Assembly (NCBI GenBank): GCA_964252035.1
Contig: OZ176202.1
Origin: Podarcis erhardii
Lineage: Eukaryota
Reading direction: 5' to 3' (one strand)
DNA: 64,000 nt
The stretch's first letter is position 1. Every line of letters starts with the position of its first letter. Below the pieces are notes generated by a model. It made no database searches. It saw only the letters and a list, made by a program, of their open reading frames with translations, and had not been told where the DNA came from. Positions 58,731-64,000 of the stretch are shown piece after piece. The position numbers and the translations under genes are program-made.

Positions 58731-61089
58731 CTCAAATGCCTTCCAATGCTCCTTAGTACACATGAAAAATAGAAAAGGCAAATGGATTTTTTCTCTATTT
58801 TCATCCTAAAATATTTGGCTTCAATCCTGCATCTAATTCTGCGCAAGAGCATCACATTCCACTCATGAAACTAGATGTAAGATTTGCACCTTTTATATGC
58901 TTGGCTGGAACTTTGTGTGAGCTTATGCAGACTGGTGGGGGGGAGAGATCACAGTTATCAAACTTCAGAAAAGAAAAGACTGTAGAAATGCAGTCAAAAG
59001 GAAAGCAGGCTTTTAAACATTTAATCAATCCAGTTGCAAAGCACAATATTTCCAGAGCAAACCCCTCCAGGCCATTAAACTGGGCTTTTAAATTTCTCTT
59101 CCATCTGCAGCTGCAAAAAGACAGCCAGCTGATCAGCGTTCTTTGTAAAATGGCTCCATATGGAAACATGATCTTCATCTGATAATTTATGGATTATCCT
59201 AGAAAGGCAAGTATCAGTACAAGAAAAGGGAAGTGCATTGCAATTTGCAACATATATATAACATGATTCATCTACGTAATAGATCACAGTATCAAGGCCA
59301 CGTTGATATCATGTGGTAAGTTTCTTAGGTAATTGTTTCTTTTGCAGGTGTAATAATGTTACATAAGCAGAAGTTGCTTACTCAAGTCGGGTTTTCTGTG
59401 TACCGCTCTTTGTTCCAATTCAGCAGTAAATTGCACGTTTTCCCAGGGAAGTTGCCAGGACCACCACTGCCCCCCCCAAAATCACACTGACCTAGAAAGG
59501 CCAGACCTGTGCCTAGAAAGTGTAGAGCGAATGTAAGTGTGGGTGTCGATTTTCAACCATAAAGACGAGCAGGATCCACAGCCAATTGCATTTAGATATG
59601 ACCTTTCTCCCAAGGCACCCAAGGTAGTTTTAAAATATTGGGGTGGGGGGACAAATGGCACAAAATATAGAAATGCAAACTGAGTTATCTCAGGCCATTG
59701 ATGCTGCCACTGCCCTAAGCTGGCTGGGCTTCTTATTTTCCCCTCTCTCATTCCCATCATAGTACAGCAAGATGATAGCTATTTCCATTAGGGCTGGGTG
59801 GTGTGGTGTACCACTTGAGTTGCATCAGCAATGGTGATCACATAATGCTAATCATAAAATATCCCATAATAATCATCATAAATATCTGGAAACATAAATA
59901 TCATTTTTATAAAAGCTCACAATACAATAATCACCTATTTTCTGTACTATTACAAATAAAATTACAATGCACTCTACAAAAGCAAATGTCTTCCCTGTCA
60001 GTCAAGTATTTTCAGTACTATTCCAACAATGAATGGATTAAATCTACTTTTCTACCAAGATGGCTGTAATGTGCAGCCCATTTCTTCAGTGAACAATATC
60101 AGCCCACTTTGCTTCTTTTTCTTTTTCCCGGAGCTTTGAACAACGATTCTTTCACGGTCAGAACATGAACAACTTTCCACATAATTCTGGGGAATTAATA
60201 AAGCAGTTTCCCTAGACAGTCTCTCAACTCAAATATTTATAAGAAACATTTCTGGTCGATGTGCTACTCAGCTTTAGTACACATGAAACTGCCTCCTACC
60301 AGGTCAAGACTATTTTCAGGCTTCCCACAGGCATCTGGTTGGCCACTGATCCAGCAGAGCTCTCCTTATGTTCTTATCATAGCTGTTGCTCCAGTGGCGA
60401 TGGCAGTACATGGGCATAGAGGCAGCAAAAAATGCTAGCACTTCTGCTATCACCACCCACCTCCCAATGCATCTTGGGCCATAGCATTGCTCCAGACCCA
60501 CAGACAGAGCCCAGCAAAGGAAAACTGGCAGCCTTCCAGCACTGAGAGGAGTACCAGACCCCAGCTGCTGGAGAGGAGACTTCACATTGGTAGTGAGGTT
60601 GGTGGGAGTCCCTCCTAAGGACTCGGACCATCGGTGCCTGCCCAATGATGTCAACCCACAACACTGGCCTGGACCAGTTGATAGATTTTGCTCATACTTA
60701 GTCTTTCGTTGACTCAAATGATTTGGGTTTAGGAGGAATTTTTGGCCCAGATAAACCTGACTAACCTTCCCACACAGCCTGAATCATCTAGCAGTAGATA
60801 ACCATTTGCAGCACCTTGGCTTTCTGCTTGTGTCATGCTGTGGCCTAGTCTTCAGGGCTTGATAAGAGCAGTGGGGCGAGGATAACATTGGATGGGCTCC
60901 CAAATACCAGGTGCCCATACCTGCCGGAGCAGCCAGAGAGAAAAGGAAAATGAGTCTGGCTGCTGACAAAGCTGCTGCCATCAACAATAGGTTTTAAAAA
61001 AACAAAAGCCAAGGAAGCCTGCAAGGGAGGAAGGGAGGGAAGATTGGGGAATGGTTGGGGAGGTAGAGGTCCCCCTGGTCTGAACTGTT

Positions 61090-61255
61090 TGGCAGTGGAA
61101 CGGGCTACCTCAGAAGGCAGAGGACTCTCCTTCGTTGGAGGCTTTTAAACAGAGGTTGGATGGTCTCTCAGGGATTATTTAGCCGTGGCTCTTGAAGGAG
61201 GTGTGACTAGATGATTTATGGTCCCTTCCAACTCTACAGTTATATGATTCTAAGA
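61090..61255 (+). mobile_element. CR1 3' end
   Basis: GGCAGTGGAAC...TTTTAAACAGAGGTTGGATGG...GGTCCCTTCCAACTCTAC...ATGATTCTAAGAT. Confidence 0.75.
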
Positions 61256-61280
61256 TAACTGGCACCTTGAGGGGCGGGTA

Positions 61281-61570
61281 TGTTAGGATATTCCAGTCCA
61301 CCTTAAAAGGAGCAGGCATGACTGTTGTGTGTCACATGCCTGTTTACAGTCCAGCACAGCTTGCTGGGAACTTCCGTTTGTGTATAGCTTTTGCTTATGC
61401 TGCTTGCTTGGACATGAAAGAGAGAAGTCATGTTTCTTCCTTTGTCCTGATTAAACTGCTTGTAAATATGCTTTCCACAGCCTCTCTCTGCCCTTCTGTT
61501 GCAAAGAGTTATTTACTCTGCTGATTAGAGTGTGCTCCAGCTTCTGAAGATTTCTGAAGCTGCGGGTCAC
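61281..61570 (+). mobile_element. Possible solo LTR
   Basis: TG start (TGTTAGGATATT), ATTAAA near 61450, LTR-like composition; end uncertain and no TSD. Confidence 0.3.
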
Positions 61571-61976
61571 TGTTTGATGCTGAGCCAAGGACTGGAGATT
61601 TCCTGGCTACCAGCCGGTGGGCTGGAGCCAGCTGGGGGGCTTGCAAATTGCCCCCATTCCCTTGGACGCATCCCAATAGGGTATGTGTATAAACTCAGGG
61701 GGGTGAACTCAGGCTGGTGAGGGGAGACAAATGCAACCCAGAAGAACCTGCTGGATCAGGCCAAGGGCTCACCTCATCCAGCATCCGGTTGGAGGTATGT
61801 GAGCAGGAACTGAATGCAACAGCTCTCTACCCATTCACATTTCTCAGAAACTGTAGCAGTAGAACATTGTCATTATGACTAAAAGCCATTTCCTACATAC
61901 AGATATGGGTGGGTGGCATGTTCTTAGTCCATGCTGCCTTTAAGTTCTAGCTGAGTTGTCCCCTCCTAAGCCATTA

Positions 61977-62324
61977 AAGGTAAAGGGACCCCTGACCATT
62001 AGGTCCAGTCATGGCCGACTCTGGGGTTGCAGCGCTCATCTCCTTTTATTGGCCAAAGGAGCCGGCGTACAGCTTCTGGGTCATGTGACCAGCATGACTA
62101 AGCCGCTTCTGGCGAACCAGAGCAGCGCACGGAAATGCCGTTTACGTTCCCGCCGCAGCAGTACCTATTTATCTACTTGCACTTTGACGTGCTTTCGAAC
62201 TGCTAGGTTGGCAGGAGCAGGGACCAAGCAACGGGAGCTCACCCCATTGCAGGGATTCGAACCGCCGACCTTCTGATCGGCAAGTCCTAGGCGCTGTGGT
62301 TTAACCCACAGCACCACCCGCATC
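61977..62324 (+). mobile_element. Sauria SINE, full length, with perfect TSD
   Basis: 12-bp TSD CCTAAGCCATTA at 61965-61976 and 62325-62336. Confidence 0.95.
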
Positions 62325-63109
62325 CCTAAGCCATTAGGGCTCATCAAACTCTCACTGCCTCATGAAAGACTTGGCTTCACGGGTGCTGTTGCTTGATGTC
62401 CCGCACCCCATAAGCTCTAATCCAGTGTTGTTTGTACTTCTCAGTCACCTGTATTTGCTTAAGAGGCCCAACAAGGCAAACACCCCTGGTGCCTTGTTTA
62501 TGCTGTGGCTTTCACTGGGGCTTATTAAAATCATTGTTACTTCATATAAGCTGTCGATTGGCCTTTCTCCGACAGCCAAGTGTTGACAGTAAGTAACAGA
62601 CACTTTGCCCCCAAGGTACCATGTTTATACATTGGTGCAAAAGCCTGGTGGATTTCAACCCTGTAAAACTATCACAGATAACAGGCTTGTTATCAGATAA
62701 GTGACTATAATAAATGACTACAATTAGTGCTCTGCTGATGAGACCGACTTGGTGGTCTTTCCACTCTGCTTTGGACAAATCCCAGACCTAAAAGAGAAAA
62801 AAACACACATAAAAATGGGGTGGGAGGGGGGGCACGCGTTAAAAATGAAACCATCTGACTTTTTAAATTGTACTTACAGCATGTGGGATCTGCAACAAAA
62901 TATTGTTGTTTTCAATGCTCTTGTTCAAGATTTCAGCCTCTTCATGCCTCTTCCCATCCTGATTTTCCTTCCCTACCACACTAAACAGTCAATCTATATT
63001 CTGTGACCAATAAGCATATTCAGTCCCCATTGGACTGTTCGGGAATATCTCATTCCTTTTCAGATTTTCTTCTTCCTTGATATATTCTTTTTTAGTTCTG
63101 CAAACCATT

Positions 63110-63298
63110 GTCACAGCCACACCATATGCTGAAAGCACATTTAATGCCCCTTTAAAACACAGGCCTTCCTCCAAAGAATCCTGTGAACTGTAGTTTGTGG
63201 AGGGTGCTGGGAATTGTAGCTTTGCAAGGGATAAACTACAGTTCCCAGAGTTCCTTGGGGGAAGCCATGTGCTTTAAATGTATGGTGTGGATGTGATC
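63110..63298. mobile_element. Palindromic MITE (possibly PIF/Harbinger-like)
   Basis: Inverted ends GTCACAGCCACACCATA / TATGGTGTGGATGTGAT and internal inverted arms (GGAACTGTAGTT type); relatives at 35425-35625 and 49310-49480. Superfamily uncertain. Confidence 0.6.
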
Positions 63299-64000
63299 CA
63301 CCTGATTTCTCCAAGCCTGCTGATACCATCCTCTTGTGCTCCACCAAAAAGGATGGTGCCATTTTGGTGACGTAGACAGTGGCACTCACAGCCTGAACGG
63401 TGGAAACAGAAGGGATGGTGTGAATGCCTATGAACTGGACCTCAGGCTTTCTTTTAATAGAAAGTGATACATCATTCAGCTAGTCCATCTAGTGACAATC
63501 TTAGGAGCTGTACAGATACAGGTCTACAGGCTGCCACTTAGCTACTGGGCTATGTTCAAGATGATTGTTAGTTCGAAGTGATGCTTTTGGTGTACATAAT
63601 CCTATACAGCTTGGAACCAGGATACCTTAGAAATTTGTTTCACTCTTTATATACCCAATCAGTCACTGCTCTCTGCAGGTAAGGGCCTCCTGAAGAACTT
63701 TAGCTGTTGACAATCAACCCCAAGGTTGATGTATTTATTACTCAGTTGTGGGGGCCACTGCAAAACACCGGGTTTTCACTTTGGCAGAGGTTTGGAGTGG
63801 GTCCCAAATTTCGGGGTTCATAGTTAATGAAGCTCCCTGCAGATATCATCGTATTAAGGGGTCCTCTCCACAGAATGTAGGGAACTTCTTCCCCTTGAAT
63901 GTTGGGCAGACACAATTTCTTCTGCTTTTGGGGGCCTACTGAAAATCTTCCTCCTTCAACAAACCTTTTAAATTGAGATCTTTCCCAGTCTTTATCTGCA

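Noticed and set aside
59310-59350. Mini-intron GTAAGT...TTTTGCAG
   Set aside because: About 33 nt, below the minimum vertebrate spliceosomal intron size.

Overview
This is eukaryotic, AT-rich, almost certainly squamate (lizard, probably lacertid) genomic DNA from a large intron or intergenic region. The assignment rests on Sauria-type SINEs starting GGTAAAGGGACCCCTGACC, MIR-derived Squam3-like SINEs with (CTT)n tails, L2 LINEs with (TTA)n tails and CR1 LINEs with the ATTCTATG tail. I found no recognisable host protein-coding gene, rRNA, true tRNA or CRISPR array. All protein-like ORFs in the track are LINE ORF2 remnants (L2, CR1, RTE); the rest are chance ORFs or repeat artefacts. The window is a mosaic of LINE fragments, SINEs, probable solo LTRs and many non-autonomous DNA transposons (hAT with 8-bp TSDs, Tigger-like and Tc2-like with TA TSDs), often nested, between TE-poor blocks that look like conserved non-coding or regulatory DNA. 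The most notable object is a 1,930-bp composite hAT element (50005-51934) with a perfect 8-bp TSD. It carries the left arm of a Tc2-like mariner element and a 154-bp tandem array. Also notable are a young L2 copy with 431 open codons, a modular MITE family that appears to have captured an L2 tail, and a few speculative splice-signal candidates including a 24-nt microexon. I cannot support a new biological system beyond these. Family names come from motif recognition, not database searches.
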